The notes under the pieces were generated by a model. It was not told where the DNA came from, did not search any database, and was given only the letters and a program-made list of their open reading frames with translations. A program made the position numbers and the translations under genes. A stretch of 63,613 nt of DNA, counting the filler, from Octopus bimaculoides (Eukaryota), in assembly GCF_001194135.2 (NCBI RefSeq). It is 3 parts of 3 records of this genome, joined end to end, with 100 filler letters (N's around TTAATTAATTAA, not from the genome) between each part and the next. Parts side by side here need not be neighbours in the genome. Positions count along the whole stretch, not along the records: positions 25,351 to 52,491 come from NC_068991.1; 2 more parts are not named here. One strand, written 5' to 3'. Shown here one piece after another: positions 40,316 to 52,591 of the stretch. Each line of letters begins with the position of its first letter. The first letter of the stretch is position 1.

Positions 40316-40828
40316 CGCTTAAGCATTGCAATACTAAGACCGTGAGTAGGCCTCAATATAGAATACTTCAGAGCGAATCGTTAGCCGAACACAGAGCGGT
40401 AATAAGAAAATGAGATGACAAAGGAATAAGCGATTATCTTAAGAACTTCATTAGCTTACAGTTGTTTCTGCTATAAGCTATAGTGGACTCATGGCTGAGG
40501 GCCTGAGTAACAGAACTTCATCGCACCCTCAAATATGAAGAGATATCTGTATCTGTTGAGTAGTTGTATCCATTTTATATTTCAGGCTGCCATGAAGTTA
40601 TTCTGTATTCCTGGGGCACTTTACTATGCGGGGCACTTTACTATAAGAGAAACAGCAGTAAACTAATGAAGCTCATAAGATGATTGTTTATTCCTTTGTC
40701 ATCTTATCTTCTTGTATATAAATATATATATATATATAAATTTATTAATAACGGTAGAAATTGATATTAATCAATTAAAACCAGTGGTCTAGCATATTAA
40801 AAAAATCCGAAGATTAAAATTATATTAC

Positions 40829-41012
40829 ATACAAAAATAAGAGGAATGACCAGCAAAAGTGGACTCCTATATGCTAGAAATAGATGCCGAATCATCTAAC
40901 CACGTTGTGTCGCTAAATTTTTACTGAGAACATATTTTTCGTGGTTAGATGATTCGGCATCTATTTCTAGCATATAGGGGTCCACTTTTGCTGGTCATTC
41001 CTCTTATTTTTG

Positions 41013-41015
<3 letters not shown>
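40829..41015. repeat. Near-perfect inverted repeat: 76-bp arms, 35-nt spacer
   Basis: 40829-40904 versus 40940-41015, with one mismatch (GGACTCC versus GGACCCC). Confidence 0.97.
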
Positions 41016-41079
<64 letters not shown>

Positions 41080-41382
41080 TACACAAAAACAGATAACAAT
41101 GCCGAGGCTGTGAAAAGTTTTCGGGACATTTATAAGGAAAGAGATATAATCTTGCAGCTGTTTCTGGGCTATTATAGATATCAGAGACGATGTGAAAAAG
41201 ATAAAGGGAAAAGGAGGAGATAAGGAAAATAAGAAAATGAAAGTAGAAATAACATAAAATATTGTAGTTGCAGCTTCATTATTCGAGTGTGTATAGAGTG
41301 GTGTATAGAAGTGGTAAAAAAAGTTTCTTGTACACGGTATGTAAGTTCTGATAGTAGTTCGTGTTTAATCATTTCATATATG

Positions 41383-41455
<73 letters not shown>

Positions 41456-41786
41456 TAATTCTATTTATTCTCGATGAAAGGCTTTGATCGACCCGTGGTT
41501 ATAGTAGAAGACACTTGGACAAGATGCCACGTAATGGGACTGGATCCGAAAACATGTTGTCGGGAAGCAAACGTCTTACCACACAGCCACGCCTGCACCT
41601 TTTAGCAACAAATGCCATACCTATAAGTTTCTTCATTTAGAATATTTTTGATACTATCTTTGGTTTATATTGTTCTTATTCTAACCAAGATATCTTTTTT
41701 AATTCAGTATGTTTTTCTATTATATGTATTTGGGGCTAAAATCAAAAGCTATTCTGCATTTATCATTTCCTTTGTTTTCCTTACAG

Positions 41787-42017
41787 TGGAACCTGGTTTG
41801 TGATAAAGACGGCTTGGCAGAATTAACACAATCTTTATATACTATAGGCCAAGGAGCTGGTGCTTTGATATTTACGGCTTTTGCAGATAAAATAGGTCGG
41901 AAACCAGTTCATGTCAGCTGTACATTTTTTCTCATGCTATGTGCGTCGGGAAGTGCGCTCTCACCAAACATATGGGTCTTCGCAGCGCTTCGAGTTTTAA
42001 GTGGTGCCTTTGAACAG
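41787..42017 (+). CDS. SLC22-like gene, exon 3
   Basis: TTACAG acceptor, CAG|GT donor, 231 nt; WNLVCDKDGLAELTQS..ADKIGRKP..LRVLSGAFEQ has the SLC22 W.LVC motif and the MFS D..GR(K/R) motif. Confidence 0.95.
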
Positions 42018-42092
42018 GTTATGATATTTATCTACATTATTTGAGGATAAACAAATATCCATATTCTATATTGTTATAATTATTCCCTTGAT

Positions 42093-42950
42093 ATAGTTGC
42101 GCTCTCTGAAAATCGTCTCTCTAGTGAGGGTCAAGTAAATGAACATACTTATGGATATACTATCTTCTGGAAAGGCCTACCTAAGGGTCAGCGTAGAAAA
42201 TCTGGTGTTGGGTTTGCTCTCAAGAATACATTAGTATCCTCCATTGCAGAGATTCGAATAGTATATCTGAACGGATCATGTCATGCCATATTAAACTGAC
42301 TAAAGGTAGGTTTCTTATCGTTGTCAGTATTTATGCACCAACAATGTCCCATTCTGATAAAACTGTAAGACAGTTTTATGATGATCTAGCACAATTATTG
42401 AGTAAACTACCAATTTCTGACAAGCTGGTAATACTGGGAGATTTCAATGCAAGAGTTGGAAAGGACTATGTTTCATGGCCTGTTTTAAATCGATATGGGA
42501 TTGGAAAATGTAATAAAAATGGAGTAGCTCTTTTGACGTTTTGTAATCAGAATGATCTGGTTGTCACCAACACTCCGTTTAAGCAGAAAAATAAAAATAA
42601 AACCATTTGGATGTACCCAAGATCTAAGCACTGGCATCTCATAGATTATATTCTGATCAGAAAATGTGATACGAAAGACGTTTCTAGCGTTCGGGTCATG
42701 AGAAGGGCAGCGAGCTGGACTGACCATCATCTAGTGCGTGGATAAATAGATTTTTCGATAATGCCTAAAAATCGACAGTCTGGTCCTAAGGTACCCAAAA
42801 GTTAAATGTTGCAAACTTTATATTATCGAGCAACTTGCAAAGATTCCACGATCCTATAGAAAGTATCAATCTTGACCCAAACAATCTATGGGGAGATTTT
42901 AAAACAAAAGTATTTGGGCATACTTTCTCGGTCGACATATCTGTATTTTT
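42093..42950 (+). mobile_element. RTE-clade LINE apurinic endonuclease fragment
   Basis: VALSENRL..GVGFA..VSIYAPT..ILGDFNARVG..HLIDYILIR..WTDHHLV. Confidence 0.9.
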
Positions 42951-42959
42951 GCAAAATTC

Positions 42960-44042
42960 TTTCCTTGAATCTTTCTTAACGTGTTTCAGGTTCACCATCC
43001 TTTGACACTCTTCTGCAACAGTCTGTAGGGTTAAATTTTGGTTCACTTGTTCACTCTTTGGAAGAATTCTTGCCCGTATTTCTGTATTTTATTTTGCTGT
43101 AAGGCCTTCTACAAAAATGAGGCACATAAACACCTTAGGAGTAAGTTCTTTAAGTTTAAAACTTTCACACATTCTGTTGGCTGTTCCTGCATATATAATA
43201 AAGTCATCATCCTCTTTTTTAGTTAAATTCCAACACTCTATTCGAGTGTTAAGTAGAGAAGTTTTATCACCGATCATGTTAGACAATCAGTTGATTGTTT
43301 CCTGAAAACAAATTTTACAAAACTTTTTGAGCAATATGAAATTACAGTATCGTTCATGCTCAGACAGAGCTAATTTATGTATTAATAACCTTACTTTTTC
43401 TTCGTCCAATCATGTTTTACAATCTTCCTTAAAAGCTCCTCGTACCTTCTGTAGTACGCTGCAAAAGTTATAACCTCCTCTGAGTTATAACTGAATTCTG
43501 TTATGGAGTTCGATTCGCCGTTCGGCGAAAACAAACTTACCGTATTTCGGACATCTTTGCGTATAGCTCCAAAAACTGTTGTTGTTGTTGTTGTACTAAT
43601 TGCTTCTGCAACTCCTGTTGCTGTTCTTGTTGCCTTTGCATCTGTATTATAGAAGCTAATAGGTCTTCCATTATTTAACAAGTTGTTTCACGGACAAATT
43701 GTTAAATAACCTACGTGAGCTTCGAAGCCCTCGTAGTCAGATGTATCCTCCGTCTCCAATGTTGCGGTACCACGACGATATTGTGACGGATGGTTTAGAT
43801 ACACTGTACCAGTTTAGTAACAGTAAACAAGATAAAGATGCAGCCGTAATGACAACATGACGATCCAACAATCTCTTCACGAACCAACAATCAATACTCC
43901 AAACGAACTAACCAACCGACACCTTCCGACTTCGCTGCGAATTCAACTCGAACTAACACACAAACTTCTCTCCTACCGCTACTACTTATAATCGTTCTGT
44001 CCAGTCTATTTCTCGCAAGGGGGCGTCGTGACTCTCATCACA
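42960..44042 (-). mobile_element. Ty3/Gypsy LTR retrotransposon: 5' LTR, PBS and gag remnant
   Basis: LTR TGT..ACA at ~44042-43760; PBS-like TGGAGACGGAGGAT; gag ITEFSYNSEEVITFAAYYRRYE..KTSLLNTRIECWNLTKKEDDDF..CLIFVEGL. Confidence 0.82.
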
Positions 44043-44386
44043 GCATCTCAAGAGACAAAGATAATTTCAATAATTCCCCTAGTTAGTAATATGTATTTAC
44101 CATAGAAATGTATGGATGATTTAGCAGAACGACTGACGAAACGTATGGAAATGCGCAAAACTAGATGTCTAGGCTGAGAAATTCTCGATTCAATCATGAG
44201 GCGGTTTCTTCCCCTGTCAGCGCATGTGTATACATTTCCACTCTTCTTACGGCACCAGAAGTATTTTACTACTATTTCTAGCAATGTAGGTATCTCGATA
44301 GCTTTAGTCACATTTAGTGACGATTGAATTTTTCCTTTATGGTATTAGAATGTGTCCTGTTGTTTATATATTTATCATACATATAC

Positions 44387-44438
<52 letters not shown>

Positions 44439-44569
44439 GTACGTGCGCGCACACATACACGTGCACATACATACATATATACATACATACATACATACAT
44501 ACTTACATACATACATATATACATACCTATATACATACATACGTACATATATATATACATACATACGTA

Positions 44570-46790
44570 CAGCAAAACAAACAGCCGGGAAGAAGGGAGT
44601 CTGCAGATGTGCCGAAGAATTGTTAAACAAAACTGTAATGTCAGAGGAGTGGGAGAATAGGAACCTCGGTTTAATGTGGCTAGACTATAAGAAAGCTTTT
44701 GACTCTGTTACCCAATCATGGATGTTAGAAGCCCTTCAACTTGTTAAAGTTCCAGTGAACATAATCAAAGCCATAGCTGACCTGATTTCATCGTGGGCTA
44801 CCATCTTGAAATTAAACACATGAAGTGACTGTATTATTACTAATAGAATACATTACCGCCGAGGTATATTCCAATGAGGCGGCCTCTCTGTGATGTTATT
44901 TAATCTTTCTGTAAATCTTTTGTCATTCATGTTAAGAAAGTTTAAAGGATATCTCACTGGTTCGCAAGGAAACAGAAATACCAAAATTGCATACTGTTTC
45001 TTTGTGGATGACTTGAAACTATATGCAAAGAATATGCATGAGATGAAAAAGAGACTTGACTTGGTTACAACATTCTCAAAGAATATAGGGTTGTAGTTTG
45101 GTCTGGATAAACGTTGCTATATTGTTGTGAAAAGAGGAAAAACTGTAAACCAGACTCGCAGCATCTCCATCAATGACTTAACTGTTTCCCCCATATCTGA
45201 TGAGGAATGTTACAGGTATCTAGTGGTGGATGATAACATATCTTGCAATGGCATCTGTAACAAAACATGTATCACTAAAGAATTTTACAGTCGAATAAAG
45301 AAAATTTGAACCTCGGAACTATCTGCATTCAATGAAACAGTGGCCCACAATGTGTTTCCAGTGCCGGTACTAATACCAACATTTGGGCTGCTTGGTTGGA
45401 CGTTTGATAATAGCTGAGCTAATGATGTTGAAACCCGGAGATACTAACAAGCACACATAGTTTCCACATCAACGTAGTGACGTAGACCGCCTCTACCTAA
45501 AAGGAATACGAAGTGGCGCAGAGGATTAACATCGATCCAAACTGCCTTTTAATGTCGTATCATATCCCTTCGGCAACATCTTTTAACCACCAAGTGTTGA
45601 AGTGCATCCCTTGACCCAGTTTGCATACATGAAGCTGATAACCTTATAAGATTTGGAAGGTAGCTCCTTGAGCAGCATTACTTGTCTGAAACCCTTAAAT
45701 ACATGCCCAAAGAAGTCGCACGACTTTTCCGCAACATGTCATCAGATAAAAGGATGGGTGTATCTGAACAGAAGACCATGCATGAATATGTTAGAAAGCT
45801 CGTAGATGATTGTAACATTGATCATCAAAGCAGTCTATCATGGACCAACAAGCGGTTTACTACCTCCCACTATGAAGAGTATACGTTTGCAATCCAGGAA
45901 CAAGAAATATCACCCGAATACCAGAGGCACAGAAGGGACAGATGTGCAGGGTATGCAGTAAAATGTGACAACCCTTGCAGACTTTGTGGAGTTAACACTG
46001 AAGATATCATTCACATCATAAGCAGTTGTCCGAAAATGTCATCACAGTAATATCTATCGATGAGACATGATGTTGTAGCTTAGGCACTGTGTAATGGGCT
46101 CCGTCGAAAGGATAACACCGAGGACAAAGAAATAAAAACCCACAGTATGGTGGAAGCAATAGCCACTCATAATAAAAAGGCGTACTGGGAGAATGTCCCA
46201 GTGAAAACCTCAATAAAATGTAAACACACTAGATCTCATACTATGTTTAGGATAAAGAAAAGAAACAGTGTACAGTTGTGGAAATCAGCTGCCCAGCAGA
46301 TGTTAACAGTGAAAAAGAATACCTACGCTGAACTATTGAGAAATTTGCAGTTACTCTGTCCAGATTACAAATTCAGGTTTATATCTGTAATTCCTGGGGT
46401 ACTGGGGCATGTAACACACTGCCTAAATATCAATCTTGAGAAATTAGGTTTCTCAAAACCAGAAAGGAGAAAGCTGATTCGAAGACTACAGATCCAAGCC
46501 ATCACAGGAACTGTAAAAGTCTGTAAAACTTTGCAGAAGTTTATCATTTAAGTATATATGAGCATGTCTAGAAATGCAAGTATATACATGAGAAGACATA
46601 CATAAAACAAAGCATACAAATCTGCACGTATACATACATACATACATACATACATACATAAATACATACATATAAAAACACCCTGTTGTCGATATTGAAA
46701 TTCTAATGAAGGAGTCTTGGATCTAGGCTAGAAACCGGTTCTTTCTCTATAGACAAGAAATCTTGAAATAAACTGAATAATGACATACAT
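44570..46790 (+). mobile_element. 5'-truncated RLE-type LINE, TACA-associated family
   Basis: WLDYKKAFDSV..FFVDDLKLYAK..FAIQEQEI..CRLCG..HIISSCPK..TLQKFII*; (TACA)n at both flanks and within the 3' UTR. Confidence 0.92.
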
Positions 46791-47129
46791 ACATATATAC
46801 ATACATGCATGCATGCATACATACACGCACATGCATATATCCATATGTACACTTTGTCTCTATACATATGTGTGTCTGTGTGTGTGGTCGTATAGGTATG
46901 TGTGTATGTGTATATAGGTATGTGTATCGTGTTTATTACTGGAACAGTGTTTTATGTATAGTGTTTTGTTAAATTTATTATTATCATTATTATACGATTA
47001 TTTCAGTATATTTTTATTGCCTAATAGATCGCAACTCAGTCTACCTGCGGTTTGTAGGGTGTAATGTTTTAATATGATATATCAGCAGAAGCTTTTAGTG
47101 TTATTGTCTTTTTTCTTTTTTATATTTTA

Positions 47130-47545
47130 CTTGTTTCATTCATTAGACTGCGGCCATGCTGGTGCACCGCCTTGAACGGATTTAGCCGAACACATCGATT
47201 CAAGGACTTGTTTTTTTAAGCCTGGTACTTATTCTATCGGTCACTAACACATGCCGAAAAGCAGGAGTAGGGGAAATATATATACAAAAACATACGCAGG
47301 CACGCACACACACACACACACACACTCATACTCACACACATATACGTCATACGTACAAAGTAAAAGAAGCAAGTCATATATATATATATATGACGGGCTT
47401 CTTTCTCTTTCCGTCTATCAAATCCACTCACAATACTTTAGTCAGTTCGGGGCTATAGTAGAAGACACCCAAGATACCACTCAGTGAGACTGAACCCAGA
47501 CTCATTTGGCTGGGAAGCAGCTTCTTACCACACAGCCACGCCTGT
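47130..47545 (-). mobile_element. tRNA-derived SINE (family C) with an internal microsatellite
   Basis: Reverse complement head GGCGTGGCTGTGTGGTAAG..GGGTTCAGTC; tail GACTGCGGCCATGCTGG on the + strand. Confidence 0.8.
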
Positions 47546-48189
47546 CTATTTTGTGTTTATAGAAATCATACCTTGTGTATGAATTTGGAGGTATATTTAC
47601 ATATTTGTCATCATTCCCTAAGCTCCCAACGCTACCCAACCCCATAATTATCATAGAGAATAGATCTTGTCTTCTTTTTAATCCCCAGATTCTGACTGCT
47701 TCCATTACCAGATCATATATTCGCAGAGTTTCTTCATTTCTTTTGGAGATTTATAAAGTTAGAAATAACACATCTGTTACAATACACTTGTTCCACTTAA
47801 TCTATCAGAATACGTGTCGGATTAGCTTTACTTTCCTTGTCTATATGATTTGGCATCTACCCGAGAATAGTTAGTTTGTATTTGTTTGTAATAATTTCTT
47901 TCATATGTTTTACGATTTCTTTCCTACAGGTATTTCATAAATCTGATATAATTTTCAGTGTATGATAGTTGCAACTCTGTATTCTTTCTGTTTTGTAGCA
48001 TCCAGAAACAATAGGATCCAATGTTTCTTCCTAATCTCTACAAAATTTGTAGTTACGAAATGTAGTGGTTCTCAAATTTTAAAAAATCCAGCAATCGAAA
48101 CACAAGATAAATATAAATTAATTTATTGTCTCCCACCCGCTCATTACATTGTGTAACAATTTTTTTTCTTTTATATTTGTCTTTGGTCA

Positions 48190-48770
48190 GTAAGTGTTAT
48201 TTCCTATTCGCTTCTCTGTCAAGAAATCAAAGGAAATGACTACGATACCCTTCAAACTTTGCCTCTGTGACTGGGACATCAATGTTTTGAGACTGAACTA
48301 TTTTCCAGTACATTTCAGACAGATTCAGTGCTGAGTTGCTGAGGCAGAAATATCGTTCTAGTAAATATTCTGCTCGATACCACAGATTTGCTTGTCAGTT
48401 GCTTAACCTTAATCACTTGAACATGTCCTTAAGTGGTTGACAATATGTGCATCTCTGATCATGAGCAGGAGAAGTGGAGGAGCATCATAGACATTTGTTG
48501 AGAGGGATTTTTTGGAGTCTGAATAAATGTAACAAAAGCAAAGTTTAAAGGAAAATATCCGTTCTTCATACTTTCCAGGAGTAAATAAATAGGAAATAAC
48601 AGTTGCTGCCCAAGGACAAACATCGTATTACACAATGTGATTAACAAGATTACAAAATAGAATTTTGCATCCATAAAATTCTCTTTCTTCTTCCTTGTGC
48701 TTAATACAGTGGTGTTAACAGGTTTAATAAGTAAAAAAGAAAACAACCTTAATTTTATTTGACATGGCAG
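48190..48770 (-). mobile_element. Interspersed repeat, family D (extended)
   Basis: Reverse complement of the 19205/30500 core plus additional sequence shared with 61265-61650. Confidence 0.7.
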
Positions 48771-49239
48771 TTTGTCCACACATTTTACAACCGTTTCAGG
48801 TCAACCCTTCCACCCACCCATCCCACACACGCGCATATAATGGTAGATCCTGCACAGTGGGGAACATTCGGGCTTGGAGCTCTTCAGGATAACCGCAAGA
48901 AACCCTTTGCTCGATTTAGTTTTGTAATATTAATTATGCTAACAATTTTCTATGTAATACTTGTGAATTGCATAGAAATACTGGTTTCTCTATACCCTGT
49001 ATATTTTAAAGTCCTTTTAAAATCATTTCCAAGACATTTATTACCCTCTTCTCAGTTCCTATATTCTGCATGAAAGCCTGAACGCTATCATTCCTTGAAA
49101 CATATTTGGACAGTCAGGGACAATGTTGGTTACTAGTTCTCCCGAGCCACTCTATATTTTAACCCGAATTGCAACAATTCTACGATTAAGTTCACGTATC
49201 GATTATAATGGTGTTTGTGATTGCTTATTACATGCAACG

Positions 49240-52215
49240 TATAACTTAAAGCGATGTTGTTCCTGAAAGGTCTGGATCTCAAGATAAAAGCAATCTTCCT
49301 GGACCCATCGGAGTGAGTTGGTGGCCCTGAATGTGAATGGTAACGATGGGGTACTTTTCAACTAATGGCTGTTTATGCTCCAACAGGGGAAGAACAGCCG
49401 GATTTCTTTAGACCTCTAGAAACGTCTCGGCTTTTAGTGCTAGTGGGTGACTGGAACGCCATATTGGACATACATTTAGATTATGTGGGGTTAGCTGTGA
49501 GAAGAGAGAGTGGTAAAAAGGCTCACAAACCTGCTCAGACATTTTCAACTGTCTGACGATTATCGATTGATTTTTCCCGAACGTGCCACTGTGAATGTGG
49601 ATGAACCGCATCAGGTCATCTAGGTCATACCCAGACAGGGTATTCTGTATGCTAGTAGATAAGGATAGTATAAGTTGTCCACATTTCAAAATCTACACAG
49701 ACCACAAATTTATGATCTTCACGCTAGATCCAGATAGACTTCGTAGGCGGACACCTGACTACTGGACGCTGAACACGTCACTCCCTGCGTACCTAGTAGA
49801 CACATCTAATACAAGAACAACTGCGTCAGTGGCAAGACCAGCAGCATGTAAAGCAACATCATCCACAGAAGAAGAATCAGGAGAGATCCATTCAACAACA
49901 TCAGCACAAATATCTGTACCACGCCCGATGCAAACAATGACGTCACTAGCACCATCGCAACTGAGAGAATCCTCACCCACACCATTCGACCAAACTACCA
50001 GTTTAGAAATTCGTGACTGTGCAGACATAGCTCTTTCCCTGGTACAGATTTCTTCGACTGTGAAACTTGTCTAACGAGGAAAGCAGCTTGGGAAAACCAC
50101 TGGAATGGACACTGGTAAAAAAAAAAAGATTAGAGAATTAGTTAAGCAAGCGTTTAGGGGAACAATTGCCAAAAACAAATGGTGGTTTGCTCTGAAAAGG
50201 GTAATTATGGGAGAATCTGTTAGGTTTAGTAAGGTATAAGCGAAAGACAAGAAAAGAATAGAGGGGAACGTATTTAGAAATGTAAAATAGGCGCATATGA
50301 AAAGAAGTGCAACTGAAGTGCTGGCGGCGAGGTTAGCACCTGGACCAATTTTTCAACGCTAAGCACAAAGGATGCATTGTCTGAGCTAAGGAGGATACTC
50401 TTAGAAACCAGGGAACGAAAGCCGCTCGATGGCCTAAGTGATAGATGCGCAACGTGACAAGTAATCCATAATTCGATCTTTGGTGGACCAAACTGGGTGC
50501 ATGATACTCAAACCCAAACAGATGTATGCGGTATTGCAGCGGCACTTTGCTCGACTGTTTGGGGTGAATGGCAGTCTGGAATGCAGGATGGATTTTAGTG
50601 CCAACCTTAACTCTCGGCAATGGGGCAGGAGTGTTACGAAGGACCCATAACAGCAGCGGAAATATGGAATCCGATGATGGGCTGCACGGGGTGGGGTGGG
50701 GGGAAATCACCTGGTTTGGATGATCTGCCCTATGAGCTTTACTTTCATATGTCAAACTTTTCGGCAGCCTCTTAGCAGATATTTACCTCAACTAGCAACG
50801 CAGTGAGAGGATTCCTAGTTCTTTGAGTCGATGAGAGGTAGCACTGATAAGAAAGAACCCAAAGAAGGTGGATCAAATAGAAGATTTTAGGACCATAACG
50901 CTGTTGAATGCAGATTTCAAAAATTTGACCAAGGTGTTAGCGAAGAGGCTGGCGCTTGTCGTCGAGGAACTGGCTTGTTGTGCACAAACATGCGCAATTC
51001 CAAGCAGATGGATCTACAACATCCTCCAACTTATGCAATACTTCTTAGACAGGGTGGGCAAAGAAGATGGCATCGGCGGAGTCCTGATGAATTTGGATCA
51101 ATGAAAAACCTTCGATAGAGTAGACTACTAATACTTGTTAGTCGTTCTCGTAGTAGTCGGTTTTGGTCTCGTTTTCCATGGCTGGATCACCACAATGTGC
51201 AACGGCATCTACTCGACAGTTTGGCTTTATGGTTACCTGTTGGAACCGTTCAGCATAAATCTTTCGTTCCATCAAGAGTGCTCCCATTCTTCTGTTCTGT
51301 ACAAACTGGCTTTAGAGAGCCGTGTCAGCTTATGCGGACAATATCATCGTCATAGAGTCGGACACCAGGCACGTAAACGTGATCGACACAGCTCTAAAAG
51401 AATACAAAGCGCTGACAGGAGCAATAATTAACCAAGAAAAGTCAGTGGCCCTGAAGCTTGGCACCTGGAGATGCAAGCCCATGACACCCAATAACGTCCT
51501 GGAACGTTGGACGGAGGGACCGGTTAAATTGTTTGGGGTCTGGTTTGGTCTGGATCTCCAGGTGGAGAAGAACTGGTGACGAGTGACAAGCAGGGTAGCC
51601 GATCTCACCCAGAAATTGACCGAGAAGCCTATCTCTGAAAGGTCGGGCAGAGGTGGCGAATCGCTTTCGTCATATATTATCGCCTGATCGTCGTGCCTTG
51701 TCTCAGTTCACATATGACCAAATTAGAATGCATACTCTTCCACTTCCTGTGGAATGGACGCGTTCCACGGCCAACACCCGCTAAATGGAGAACTGGGTAT
51801 GCTGTGACTGCTGATACGCAGACATGCGTCGAGGCTAGAACATCTCCACCGTTTTCTTGACAGTGAACAGATGCGGCCATCATTCGTCATATAGGATTTT
51901 CCACTGCTCGTCTCTTTGACTGAGCTGCTGTCCTGGATCAAGCGTACAGCGAGGCAGATGGCACATCCCATGCCTTGTGGATGGATGAGTAATCCGGGAT
52001 TTTTAGTGGGGAATTTACCTTGAATTACCTATGTGGACTATCCTGCTGTTGGTGATTCTATTTATTTTTCTAATTTCTCTTTATTCCAAAATTATATCTT
52101 TTCACGTTATAGTGTCTCCCTTTGATCATTCTAAACCCCACCTATTTTGTGTGTTGTGTCTTGTCCTTTGATATTGTCGACATTGTCTTGGGTCCTGGTG
52201 GCCAATGAAAGAAAT
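49240..52215 (+). mobile_element. Decayed L1/Tx1-clade LINE ORF2 (APE and RT) with 3' UTR
   Basis: AVYAPT..LVGDWNAIL..TDHK..WTLNTSL; FRTITLLNADFKNLTKVLAKRL..LDQ*KTFDRV..SAYADNI. Confidence 0.88.
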
Positions 52216-52224
52216 CATCATCAT

Positions 52225-52491
52225 CATTATTATTATTATTATTATTTTATGTTTGACTTTTGTTTTGCATTTGTACAAGTTGGATCCAAGTCTCACCCAG
52301 AGACCTCAAGAGACAACAAGTTAGAAGTTCATGTAGGTGTTATGCCTAGAGTACCATATATTTCGATTTGTACAGTTTTTTTCAAGTGAATGTTTAAGAA
52401 ACCATAAGAAAATTATGTGTTTACTTTAAAATTTGAGATCACATAGACACTATTTTACGTAGGATATGGGCAGTTCCCATGAGCACTATCT
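52225..52491 (-). mobile_element. R4/Dong-like LINE 3' end with (TAA)n tail, cut by the gap
   Basis: IVLMGTAHILRKIVSM*, then UTR and (TAA)n. Confidence 0.8.
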
Positions 52492-52591
52492 NNNNNNNNN
52501 NNNNNNNNNNNNNNNNNNNNNNNNNNNNNNNNNNNTTAATTAATTAANNNNNNNNNNNNNNNNNNNNNNNNNNNNNNNNNNNNNNNNNNNN
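52492..52591. other. Artificial scaffolding spacer: 44 N + TTAATTAATTAA + 44 N
   Basis: Identical to 25251-25350. Confidence 0.92.

Noticed and set aside
41709-42044. 111-aa ORF as a complete gene
   Set aside because: It is exon 3 plus flanking intron, with clear splice sites at 41787 and 42017.
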